From positions 96,001-160,000 of the forward strand of contig CAVXGR010000021.1 of assembly GCA_963761335.1 (NCBI GenBank): 64,000 bases of DNA, given 5' to 3'. This DNA is from an uncultured delta proteobacterium. Its GTDB lineage: Bacteria; Desulfobacterota; Binatia; HRBIN30; BPIQ01. The notes beneath the pieces are model-generated. The model was given only the letters and a program-made list of their open reading frames with translations, had not been told where the DNA came from and did no database searches. Shown here piece after piece: positions 32,139 through 40,774 of the stretch (positions within the stretch are counted from its first letter, which is position 1; each line of letters opens with the position of its first letter). Position numbers and translations under genes: made by a program.

Positions 32139-33308
32139 TCACTCCCCCGGCGCGAAGGTCACCGGCAGCCGGTCGGGAGAGCGAAAGGCCATGCCGACGA
32201 TCTGCGACTCCTGCGACTCGTCGAGGCGCAGGTCGCGCAGCCGATCGAGAAGGATGTTGACGGCGATGCGGGCCTCCATGCGCGCCAGGTGCGAGCCGGC
32301 GCAGAAGTGCTGCCCGAAGCCGAAGGCGACGTGGTCGGCGGCGCGCCGGTTCATGTCGAAGCGGTCGGGGTCCGCGTACTTGCGCTCGTCGCGGTTGGCC
32401 GAGCCGAGGGCGCAGGAGATCATCGCGCCCTCGGGAATGTCGACGCCGGCGACGGTGATCGGCCGCGCCGCCTCGCGCGAGACGTACTGCACCGGCGATT
32501 CCCAGCGCAGCGTCTCTTCGATGATGAGGTCGAGCTTGGCGCGGTCGGCGAGCACCTGCTCGAGCTGCTGGCGATGTGTCAGCATCGCGAAGAGCATGCT
32601 GCCGATCAACCGGTAGGTGGTCTCGGCGCCGGCCGGGAGGAGGAGGCGAATGAAGCCGAGGATCTCCTCCTCGGTGAGCTTCTGCCCGTCGACCTCGGCG
32701 GTCAAAAGCGTCGTCAGCAGATCGTCGCGCGGCTCGGCGCGGCGTTCCGCGAGCACCGGCTGCAGATACTCGACCACCTTCCGCGACGCCTCCAGGCCGC
32801 GCGGTGGGTTGTCGCCGACGCCGACGATGTCCAGCGCCCAGCGGTGGAACATCTCGTAGTCCTCCACCGGAACCCCGATGATGTGGGTGATCACCTGCAT
32901 GGGGAAGGTGAAGGTGAACTGCGAGACGAGGTCGGCGCGCCCATCGGCGATGAAGCTGTCGATCAGTCCGTTGGCGATCCCGGAGATCACCGGCGGCATC
33001 GTCTCGAGGCCGCGCGGCAGGAAGGCCGGAGAGATGATGTTGCGATGGCGGATGTGCTCCTTGCCGTCCATCTCCAGGATCGTGCGCCCCATCACCAGGC
33101 CGATGCCGCGGGCATTGGCGCGCGAGGAGAAGATGGAGTTCGCCTTGAGAATGCCGAGGACGTCCTCGTACCGGGTCGCCATGAAGACCCGGCCCATGAT
33201 CGAGTCGAGGAGGATGACCGGCTCCTCGTCCCGCAAGCGCTTGTACTGCAGGTACGGGTTTGGCACCGGGCTCATCATGGTGCCGCCGAAGATCTCGATC
33301 ATGTTCAT
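32139..33308 (-). CDS. Cytochrome P450
   Basis: I-helix AGAETT, K-helix EETLR, ANRDE, heme motif FGFGQHFCAG. Confidence 0.96.
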   Translation of the reverse strand: MNMIEIFGGTMMSPVPNPYLQYKRLRDEEPVILLDSIMGRVFMATRYEDVLGILKANSIFSSRANARGIGLVMGRTILEMDGKEHIRHRNIISPAFLPRGLETMPPVISGIANGLIDSFIADGRADLVSQFTFTFPMQVITHIIGVPVEDYEMFHRWALDIVGVGDNPPRGLEASRKVVEYLQPVLAERRAEPRDDLLTTLLTAEVDGQKLTEEEILGFIRLLLPAGAETTYRLIGSMLFAMLTHRQQLEQVLADRAKLDLIIEETLRWESPVQYVSREAARPITVAGVDIPEGAMISCALGSANRDERKYADPDRFDMNRRAADHVAFGFGQHFCAGSHLARMEARIAVNILLDRLRDLRLDESQESQIVGMAFRSPDRLPVTFAPGE

Positions 33309-33438
33309 GGCGGGCGTCTCGCCTCCAACGCAGTGGTTTGCCCGCCAGTCGTCCCCCGCCGACGGCCGATTGTCAAGCGATTGATTGAATTCAGGGGCGC
33401 GTCGCGTGCCCCCGCTCGCGATCTCGCGGGGCGTTTCA

Positions 33439-33558
33439 GAGGCTGCCTCAAGAGCTGGGCAAAACGATTCCGCCGGCCCGCGGGCCAAGTAGAAGCGGCG
33501 TCTCGCCGCTTCGGAAAGCGCCGGGACGGCGCTTCTACTTCAGTTTTGAGGCAACCTC
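33439..33558. mobile_element. 120-bp MITE, inverted copy of 27629-27749
   Basis: Ends GAGGCTGCCTCAAGAGCTG / CAGTTTTGAGGCAACCTC with the same GTAG...CTAC internal hairpins; no clear target duplication. Confidence 0.85.
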
Positions 33559-33573
33559 GTAAGGACGGTGTTC

Positions 33574-34191
33574 TCAACCCAGCGCCGCGATCACCGCTTC
33601 CGCCGTGGTCACCGTGGAGATGAGCGGCAGGATGTTGCCCACCGAGAACTGATGCCACTCGTCCGGGTAGCTGGCACAGCAGTCCTCCATCACCACGACG
33701 TCGAAGTTGCGGTTCACCGAGGCGCGCACCACTCCCTCAACGGCCAGGTTGGTGGAGACTCCGGACATGATCATCGTCGAGCGCCCGAGCTGGCGCAGCA
33801 CCGGATAGAGCTGCGTGCCGTAGGAGCCGTCGACGGCGACGGTGCGCTCGAGGACGAAGTCCTCGGGGCGCGGCGCCAGGGCCTCGTGGACCTGTACCCC
33901 CCAGGTGCCCTCGACCAGCGTCGGGTGGCGCTGCGCGCGCCGGTGCAGGACGGTGTTGGGGCGCGGAAAGCCGGGCTTGAGAGCGAAGTTGATGTAGAGG
34001 ATCGGCACCTGCCGGACGCGCGCCGCATCCATCACCTGCCGCAGCCGTGGGATCACGCCGCGCCGCTGCACCGCCTCGGCGAGCACGCCGCCGATGCCGC
34101 GCTTGCCGATGTTCGACTCGTGCACGATGTCGTTCTGCATCTCGACGATGCAGAGCGCGGCGCGCCCCGGGTCGAGGGAGAGATCGCTCAC
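33574..34191 (-). CDS. Isochorismatase/cysteine-hydrolase-fold protein
   Basis: AALCIVEMQND, EGTWG, GTQL...SGVSTNLAVE..R, VVMEDCCA. GTG 34191 overlaps the CoA transferase stop. Confidence 0.85.
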   Translation of the reverse strand: MSDLSLDPGRAALCIVEMQNDIVHESNIGKRGIGGVLAEAVQRRGVIPRLRQVMDAARVRQVPILYINFALKPGFPRPNTVLHRRAQRHPTLVEGTWGVQVHEALAPRPEDFVLERTVAVDGSYGTQLYPVLRQLGRSTMIMSGVSTNLAVEGVVRASVNRNFDVVVMEDCCASYPDEWHQFSVGNILPLISTVTTAEAVIAALG

Positions 34192-35411
34192 TTGAAAAGA
34201 CCCTCCGCTTGGAGCGCCTCGTACTCCGCCGCCGGCATGCCGAGAAGCTGGCGCATGACGTACTCGGTGTGCTCTCCGAGACGCGGCGCCGGCATGCGGA
34301 TCTCCTCCGGAGTCTCCGAGAAACGCATGGCGTTCGCCTCGCACAGATGCCGACCGATCACCGGATGCTCGACCTCGCGGAAGTGGCGGCGATGGGCGAG
34401 CTGCGGATCGCGCACCAGATCCTCGAAGTTGCTGACCATGCCCGCCTCGACACCCGCCTCCTGCAGCGCCGCCATCACCTCGGCGGCGCGATGCCGGCGG
34501 GTCCATTCCTCCACCCGCGTTTCCAGCTCGGTGGCGTTTTCCTGCCGCCCGGCGGTGGTGGCGAAGCGCGGATCCGCGGCCCAGCCGGGATCGCCGATGG
34601 CGCCGCGGAAGCGTTGCCAGTCCTCGTCGTCGTGCACCGCGATCGCCACCCAGCGGTCGTCGTCTTCGCCCTCGGCGGCGCAGCGGAAGGCTCCGTGTGG
34701 GGCCGCGTGGCGCGAGCGATTGCCGATGCGGCCGAGCGCCTCGCCGGTGGCGGTGGTGGTGAGGATGCTCTCGCTGAGACAGACGACGCCGCCCTCGACC
34801 TGCGAGAGATCGATGTACTGCCCCTCGCCGGTGCGCCGCCGGTGGATGAGCGCCGAGGCGACCAGCAGTGCGACCAGGCGCGGTGACAGCGAGTCGGTGA
34901 TGGTGCCGTACGGCCCCAGCGGCTCGCGGTCGGGCCAGCCGGTGAGGTGATTGAACCCCGAGATCGCCGAGCCCTGACCGCCGAAGCCGGGATAGTCGCG
35001 GTCGGGGCCGGTCTGCCCGTTGAGGCAGGTGCTGATCATGATCAGGTCGGGCTTGAGGGCGCGCAGCGACTCGTAGTCGAGCTTCCACTTCGCCATCGCC
35101 TTGGGAGCGAAGTTCTCGGCGACCACGTCCGCCCACTGCGCCAGGCGGCGGGCCAGCGGCGGCCCCTGCGGGTGGCTCATGTCGAGGGCGATGCCGTGCT
35201 TGTTGCAGTTCACCATGGCGAACATGTGGCTGGCGTCGAGGCCGCCCTCGGTCCCCGGGGTGTAGCGCAGCAGGCGGATGAAGTCGGGACGCTTGCGCGA
35301 CTCGACGCGCACCACGTTGGCGCCGTGGTCGGCGAAGTAGCGCGTGCCGAAGGGGCCGGCGGCGCCGCCGCCGAACTCGAGCACCTTGATCCCCGCGAAG
35401 AGCCGCGCCAT
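34188..35411 (-). CDS. Class III CoA transferase (CaiB/BaiF), catalytic-type subunit
   Basis: AAGPFGTRYFADHGANVVRVE, NCNK, ADVVAENF, TITD (putative catalytic Asp), APRLGEHT. Confidence 0.92.
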   Translation of the reverse strand: MARLFAGIKVLEFGGGAAGPFGTRYFADHGANVVRVESRKRPDFIRLLRYTPGTEGGLDASHMFAMVNCNKHGIALDMSHPQGPPLARRLAQWADVVAENFAPKAMAKWKLDYESLRALKPDLIMISTCLNGQTGPDRDYPGFGGQGSAISGFNHLTGWPDREPLGPYGTITDSLSPRLVALLVASALIHRRRTGEGQYIDLSQVEGGVVCLSESILTTTATGEALGRIGNRSRHAAPHGAFRCAAEGEDDDRWVAIAVHDDEDWQRFRGAIGDPGWAADPRFATTAGRQENATELETRVEEWTRRHRAAEVMAALQEAGVEAGMVSNFEDLVRDPQLAHRRHFREVEHPVIGRHLCEANAMRFSETPEEIRMPAPRLGEHTEYVMRQLLGMPAAEYEALQAEGLFK

Positions 35412-36661
35412 CAGATCACGCCCTCCGCTTCGAGACGCCGGCGGGCGCCGGTATCGATGCCGAGCGCCTCATAGATCTCGGCGTTGTGCTCGCCGAGGCG
35501 CGGGGCGGGCCGGCGGATGCCGACCGGGCCGCGGCTGGTGCGCGCCAGCGCCGCGGGATACCGCAGGCGCACGCTCTTCTCGGGGCCCTCGACCTCGGCG
35601 AAGAACTCGCGCGAGGCGAGCTGCCGCGATTCGAGGATCTCGCGCGCCGTGTTCGCCGGCGCCAGCATGAGCTTGCGCTCGCAGGCGACGGCAAAGAGCT
35701 CCCGCATCGTCCTGGCGCGAAAGAAGGCGCCGAGGGCGCTCTCGATCTCGTCGACCTCCGGCTGGGTGACGGTGTTGTGGTTGTACGCCGTCCAGTCGCG
35801 CTCCTTCAGCGCCGCCGGAGCCATGCCGCTCTCGTCCATGTACTGCACCAGCGCGATGATCCCGGGAATGCGCGCCGGACCGCCGCGCAGGGCGAAGGAC
35901 ACATAGCCGTCGCGGCAGGGCCACAGCTCGCGGAACACAGCGCGGTTGCCGCGGAAGCTGCCGCCGATGCGCCCTCCTTTGAACCCGGTGAGCGGGAACT
36001 GCGCCGGCACGGTCATGTTGGGCATGGTCATCGCCTCCTGGAGCGAGACGTCGACGTGCTGGCCAATGCCACTGATCTCGCGGCCCCAGAGCGCGAAGGT
36101 GACGGCGACCGCCGCCTCGATGCCGCCGTGGTAGTAAGCGACCGGCAGCGAGCAGCGCACCGGGGCGCGGTCGGGATTGCCGGTCGGGTACATGTTGCCC
36201 CCGAGCGCCACGGCGGTGAGATCGGAGCCGCGGTAGGAGGCGTACGGACCGCTCAATCCGAAGGGCGTGATGGTGCAGAGGACGATGTCCGCCTTGACCG
36301 CCTTCAGCGACTGGTAGCCGAGGCCGCGGCTCTCGAGCGTCTCGCCGGCCGAGGGTGCCGACTCGATCACCGCGTCGGCGCTGCGGCACAGGTCGAGAAA
36401 GATCTCGCGGCCGCGCTGCTGCTCGAGATCGAGGGTCACGCCGCGCTTGCTGGTGTTGAGCGCCAGCCACAGAACCGAGCTCTCGCGCGCCGCGACGCCG
36501 GCAACCAACGGCTCGCGCCGCCGCGCCGCATCGCCCCCCGGCGGCTCGACCTTGACGACGTCGGCACCGAGGTCGCCGAGCAGCTTTCCGGCGAAGAATC
36601 CCGCCTCGCGCGTCAGATCGAGGATCCGAAAGCCCTCGAGGTTGCCGCCGGCCGCCTGCAT
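35411..36661 (-). CDS. Class III CoA transferase (CaiB/BaiF), second subunit
   Basis: RILDLT, LGDLGADVVKVEPPGGD, NTSKRGVTLDL, GQHVDVS, APRLGEHN. Confidence 0.92.
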   Translation of the reverse strand: MQAAGGNLEGFRILDLTREAGFFAGKLLGDLGADVVKVEPPGGDAARRREPLVAGVAARESSVLWLALNTSKRGVTLDLEQQRGREIFLDLCRSADAVIESAPSAGETLESRGLGYQSLKAVKADIVLCTITPFGLSGPYASYRGSDLTAVALGGNMYPTGNPDRAPVRCSLPVAYYHGGIEAAVAVTFALWGREISGIGQHVDVSLQEAMTMPNMTVPAQFPLTGFKGGRIGGSFRGNRAVFRELWPCRDGYVSFALRGGPARIPGIIALVQYMDESGMAPAALKERDWTAYNHNTVTQPEVDEIESALGAFFRARTMRELFAVACERKLMLAPANTAREILESRQLASREFFAEVEGPEKSVRLRYPAALARTSRGPVGIRRPAPRLGEHNAEIYEALGIDTGARRRLEAEGVI

Positions 36662-36723
36662 CGCGGGCGAGCTAACCGTGGCCCGGCGGGGGAGTCAAGG
36701 ACCGGAAGGTAAACCGGAAGGTA

Positions 36724-36948
36724 AACCGCAGAGCCGCAGAGGGCGCAGAGAGGGGCCGCCAAGGCGCCGAGGACGCCAAGAGAAGATCGCCGAGGAGAAA
36801 AGGGGCCGGGCCGCTCCGCTCGACTGTGCCGAGATTCGCTGTCCGCCACTGACCGGAGTGGCCCAGCCCCTTTTCCTCTTGGCGTCCTTTCTTTGCGTCT
36901 TGGCGTCTTTGCGGTTCTCTTCTCTGCGCCCTCTGCGGCTCTGCGGTT
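36724..36948. mobile_element. ~225-bp nested palindromic element, copy 2
   Basis: Same three nested IR layers as 30381-30615 with an unrelated central loop; a 12-bp tandem duplication (accggaaggtaa x2) sits at its left edge. Confidence 0.8.
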
Positions 36949-36982
36949 CACCCCTCGGGCCCCGCCCCCCCTTGACCACCCG

Positions 36983-37000
36983 GATTAACATCTGTTAACC
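36983..37000. promoter_or_regulatory. Operator candidate GATTAACATCTGTTAACC
   Basis: TTAAC-N4-GTTAA just downstream of TTGACC (36972-36977) and 7 bp before the ligase ATG. Confidence 0.65.
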
Positions 37001-37007
37001 CCGCCGC

Positions 37008-38288
37008 ATGTCTGCATCCTGGCCGCCTTCGAGCGCGGACTTTGAGCGCCTGCGCCAGACGCTCGCCTGGGTCGGCGAGCGCTCGCCGTACTACCGGCGG
37101 CTGTGGGAGGCGGCGGGGGTGCGGCCGGCGGAGATCGTCGACTACGGCGCCTTCCGGAAACGCGTGCCGCGCACGGCGAAGGCGGATCTGGTGACCAACC
37201 AGCGGGAGCATCCGCCCTTCGGCGAGTTTCTCGCCGTGCCGCCCCAGCAGTTCGGGTCGCTGCACACCTCCCCGGGGCCGATCTTCATCCCGCGCCTCGC
37301 CGAGGAGCGCGGCGGCACGCCGGTGCTGGCGGAGGCGATCAAGGCGATGGGCGTGCGCCGCGGCGAGGTGGCGCACGTGACCCTCTCCTACCACATCATG
37401 CCGGGCGGCATGCGCCTGCACCGCGCCTTCGAGGAGGCCGGCTGCCTGGTGATCAACGGCGGCACCGGGGCGAGCCGCCTGCAGGTGGAGGTGGCGCGCG
37501 CCTGGGGCGCGTCGGTGTATGCGGGCACGCCGAGCTTCCTCGGCAACCTCGGCGACACGGCGCGCGAGATGGGTCTCGACCCGCGCCGCGATCTGCACTA
37601 CCGCGTCGGCTTCTCGACGGCGGAGGCGCTGACGCCGGCCCTGCGGCGCGATCTCCATGAGACCTTCGGCATCGAGCTCTTCGACCACTGCGGCGAGGCG
37701 CAGATCGGGCCGCTCGCCGGCGAGTGCCGCGTCCACGAGGGCATGCACCTCCACGCCCGCGATCTCTTCTGCGAGTTCCTCGATCCTGAGAGCGGTGAGC
37801 CGGTCGAGCCGGGCGGCACCGGCGAGATCGTCGCCACCCAGCTCGGGCCGCGCGCCTTGCCGCTGGTTCGCTATGCCCCGGGCGACGTCTTCCGCCTGCT
37901 CCCCGGCAGCTGCCCGTGCGGCGATCCGTCGCTGCGCGTCGTCTTCGTCGGCCAGGTCGGCGCCATTCGCAAGATCAAGGGCGTGCTCGTGCATCCGGCG
38001 CAGGTGCACAAGGTGACCAGCCGCTTCCCCGAGATCGGGCGCTTCCAGATCGTCGTCGAGCACCCGCCGGGTGAGCGCTACGACCGCGCCACTTTGCGCG
38101 CCGGCCTGGTGCGCGAGCTCGCCGACCCAGACGACGCGGCGCGCCTCGAGCGCGAGCTGGCGGCGCAGCTCAAGGCAACGGTGCTGATCCAGATGGAGAT
38201 CGAGCTGGTGCCCGAGAACGACATCCCCGAAGCCGCCGGCCCGCCGCGCTTCGCCGAGGCGATGGTCGATCTGCGCCACCAGGTGTGA
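37008..38288 (+). CDS. Phenylacetate-CoA ligase (PaaK)-family protein, degenerate P-loop type
   Basis: SPYYRR, PPFGEF, HTSPGPIF, YAGTPSFL, ECRVHEGMH, PLVRY, IKGVLVHP. Confidence 0.85.
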   Translation: MSASWPPSSADFERLRQTLAWVGERSPYYRRLWEAAGVRPAEIVDYGAFRKRVPRTAKADLVTNQREHPPFGEFLAVPPQQFGSLHTSPGPIFIPRLAEERGGTPVLAEAIKAMGVRRGEVAHVTLSYHIMPGGMRLHRAFEEAGCLVINGGTGASRLQVEVARAWGASVYAGTPSFLGNLGDTAREMGLDPRRDLHYRVGFSTAEALTPALRRDLHETFGIELFDHCGEAQIGPLAGECRVHEGMHLHARDLFCEFLDPESGEPVEPGGTGEIVATQLGPRALPLVRYAPGDVFRLLPGSCPCGDPSLRVVFVGQVGAIRKIKGVLVHPAQVHKVTSRFPEIGRFQIVVEHPPGERYDRATLRAGLVRELADPDDAARLERELAAQLKATVLIQMEIELVPENDIPEAAGPPRFAEAMVDLRHQV

Positions 38289-38307
38289 TGCACCTTCCGA
38301 ACGAGGG

Positions 38308-38345
38308 TTCCCTCTCCCGCATTGCCCGCGGGAGAGGGCCAGGGG
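38308..38345. repeat. CCCTCTCCC...GGGAGAGGG hairpin (REP-like)
   Basis: ccctctcccgc-attgccc-gcgggagaggg; the same family occurs at 54156-54294. Confidence 0.7.
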
Positions 38346-38366
38346 CCGCGAAAAGAGACGCAAGAT

Positions 38367-39662
38367 ATGACTGAGTCCCGCCCCGGCGCCGCCGATCGCC
38401 GCTACTACGATCCCGAGATCCAGACGATGCCGATGGAGAAGCTGCGCGCGCTGCAGGCGCAGCGGCTCGGGCGGCAGCTCGACCGCATCTGGTCGCAGCC
38501 GGTGCCCTTCTTCCGCCGCAAGCTCGAGGCGGCGGGGCTGGGCCGCGGCGATCTTCGCGGCATCGAGGACCTACGCCGCATCCCGACGACGCTGAAGGCG
38601 GAGCTGCGGCAGAGCGAGGAGGAGCACCCGCCGTTCGGCGACTACCGCGGTGCGCCGCTGCGCGACTGCGTCCGCCTGGGCGCCTCGACCGGCACCAGCG
38701 GCAAGCCGACGCTGATCCTGTGGACGCGCAAGGATCTCGCCGTCGACTACGCCGCCTCGTTCCGCGGCCGCTGGCGCTGGGGGCTGCGCCCGGGCATGAG
38801 CCTGGCGAACGCCCACCCCTTCGGGCAGAACGCCGGCGGCTGGCACTTCAGCCACGGCATCGAGGGGCTCGGCTGCCTCAACATTCCCTCCGGCCCGCCG
38901 GTCGGCGAGCAGCACGTGCGCGACGTGGTCGAGTTGTGGCGCCGGCTGCGGCCGGACATGTACCGCCTCTTCGGCAACGTCGCCACCACCTACGCCGACG
39001 CGGCGCGCGTCCAGGGGCTCGACCCCGCCGGTGACCTCAATCTGACGATCGCCGGCGACGATCCGGCGCAGCAGTACCTGATGGCCAGCTCCGGGCTCGA
39101 GGCGCTGCCGCTTCTCGGCAGCGCCTGCGACCAGCGCGACGGCGCGCATCTCGCCGAGGACCTCGCCATCGTCGAGGTGATCGATCGGCACAGCGGCCGC
39201 GAGTGCGATCACGGCGAGCGCGGCAACCTGGTGGTCACGGTTCTGGAGAAGGACAACTTCCTCCTGCGCTACGACCTCGAGGACGTGGTGCGCTGGAACC
39301 TGAAGCCGTGCCCGTGCGGCGAGACACACCGGCGCCTGTTCTACGAAGGCCGCGTGCGCGACATCGTCAAGGCCGGCGAGCGTGAGGTCCTGCCCATCGA
39401 CGTGGCGCTGGTGCTCTACGATTTCCCGGAGGTGTCGCGTCCGTCGGCCGAGTACCAGATCGTGCGCCGCCCGACGTCCTCGGCGCAGCTGCACGTCCGC
39501 CTGGAGTACGATCCCTCTGCCGGTGCGGATCTCGACGGCCTGCGCCAACGCCTCGTCGAGGAGTTCCGCCGCCGCCTCGACGTCGACGCCGATCTCGAGC
39601 TGCTCCCCCGCGGCGGCCTGCCGCGATTTGCGTACAAGGCCGCCCGCGTCGTTGAGGAGTGA
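38367..39662 (+). CDS. Phenylacetate-CoA ligase (PaaK)-family protein
   Basis: P-loop STGTSGKP, GERGNLVVT, LLRYDLED, CPCG, GRVRD, YKAARVVEE. Confidence 0.88.
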   Translation: MTESRPGAADRRYYDPEIQTMPMEKLRALQAQRLGRQLDRIWSQPVPFFRRKLEAAGLGRGDLRGIEDLRRIPTTLKAELRQSEEEHPPFGDYRGAPLRDCVRLGASTGTSGKPTLILWTRKDLAVDYAASFRGRWRWGLRPGMSLANAHPFGQNAGGWHFSHGIEGLGCLNIPSGPPVGEQHVRDVVELWRRLRPDMYRLFGNVATTYADAARVQGLDPAGDLNLTIAGDDPAQQYLMASSGLEALPLLGSACDQRDGAHLAEDLAIVEVIDRHSGRECDHGERGNLVVTVLEKDNFLLRYDLEDVVRWNLKPCPCGETHRRLFYEGRVRDIVKAGEREVLPIDVALVLYDFPEVSRPSAEYQIVRRPTSSAQLHVRLEYDPSAGADLDGLRQRLVEEFRRRLDVDADLELLPRGGLPRFAYKAARVVEE

Positions 39663-39667
39663 GGCAA

Positions 39668-39698
39668 GGTGTTGAGGGGTTGAGGTGTTGGGTGTTGA
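39668..39698. repeat. Short GGTGTTGA tandem repeat
   Basis: ggtgttga ggggttga ggtgttg ggtgttga, just after the ligase stop. Confidence 0.7.
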
Positions 39699-39807
39699 GG
39701 GTGAAGACGTCGCCGGAGAAATCGTGGCGCCGCAGCGCCGTGGCGTGAGATCTCAGGGCCGGCTCGCGCAACGGCGCCACGACGCGACGTCCCGCGAGCT
39801 CGATGGT

Positions 39808-40224
39808 TCATACCCCGATGCAGGTGAAGCCGAGAGCCCGCGCGGCGGTGGCCTGCTGGACGTCGTGGGTGGCAAACACCAGCGACAGATCGCGGCGTTC
39901 TTGGAGCAGCAAGGCGGAGGCGAGATGCAGCGCGTCGAGGGTTTTGACCGCGGTCGCCATCGGCAGCGAGGCGCGGCGCAGCACGATGCGGGTCAGGCGT
40001 ATCTGCCCGACCGACGACTCGAGCGCGGTCAAGCTTTCCTGCGCCGCCGCTACGCTCTCATCATCGAGGGCGCCGTCCAGGCGCAAACGATCGATGACCC
40101 GCCGCGCCTCGACCCCGGACAGCTCGCTCGCGTACGCCCGCTCCCACGTGCCCCACTGCTTCAGCCGCGACGCCTGTCCGAGGAGCACGCGCAGCAGGAC
40201 GCTGGTGTCGAGGTACGCGATCAT
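39808..40224 (-). CDS. vapC: PIN-domain (VapC-like) toxin
   Basis: AYLDTSVLL, ELSGVE, TLDALHLASA, FATHD..Q..AARALGF. Confidence 0.9.
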   Translation of the reverse strand: MIAYLDTSVLLRVLLGQASRLKQWGTWERAYASELSGVEARRVIDRLRLDGALDDESVAAAQESLTALESSVGQIRLTRIVLRRASLPMATAVKTLDALHLASALLLQERRDLSLVFATHDVQQATAARALGFTCIGV

Positions 40225-40478
40225 CGCTGATCGCGGCTCTCGCGCAACAGCTTCCCCACGTCCACCCGGCGGCGAAGTCGGAGTGGCTTGACCTTGGCGA
40301 GATCGCGCCGTGGCCGTGTCGGCTCAACGACCTGAAGATCTTCAGTCTGCTCGCCGAAGGGGACCAGCCGCGCCACCGGCGTGTGCCGATCACGAACGAC
40401 CACCGACTCGCCGCGACGCACGGCCGCGAGATATTCGCTGAGCCGGGCCTTCAGGTTGGAGACGTTCGTTTCCTTCAT
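40221..40478 (-). CDS. Phd/YefM-family antitoxin
   Basis: MKETNVSNLKARLSEYLAAVRRGESVVVRDRHTPVARLVP; ATGA overlap with the toxin. Confidence 0.92.
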   Translation of the reverse strand: MKETNVSNLKARLSEYLAAVRRGESVVVRDRHTPVARLVPFGEQTEDLQVVEPTRPRRDLAKVKPLRLRRRVDVGKLLRESRDQR

Positions 40479-40484
40479 GGTCTC

Positions 40485-40513
40485 AATCTGACCAGATGAG
40501 GTCATGATGTCAA
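40485..40513 (-). promoter_or_regulatory. Toxin-antitoxin promoter with TGACC-N6-GGTCA operator
   Basis: Minus-strand TTGACA (40513-40508), 17-bp spacer, CAGATT (40490-40485); palindrome at 40489-40504. Confidence 0.65.
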
Positions 40514-40774
40514 ATGTGGAGTGCACGGTCATCGGGCTCTGTCTAGCCAGGTCGTTCCATGCGACGCGGCGAAAGGACGGCTGCACGGTTGACCGCGAGC
40601 ATTAGCGAGTGCGGGATCGAATGGGCACAGGTGACGTGGAGCACCTCCTCCAGAAGAGCAGCTGTGCCACAGAGAGCCCGTCGCTCAGCGGACCGCGATG
40701 ATACCTTTCGGGAGTACGGCCTTGAGATGTGGGCCTATCGGCGGTCGCAGCAGAAAGCTGGTGAGAAATGCGGG

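Noticed and set aside
32063..33558. Composite transposon carrying the P450
   Set aside because: The two flanking elements belong to different families and there is no shared target duplication.
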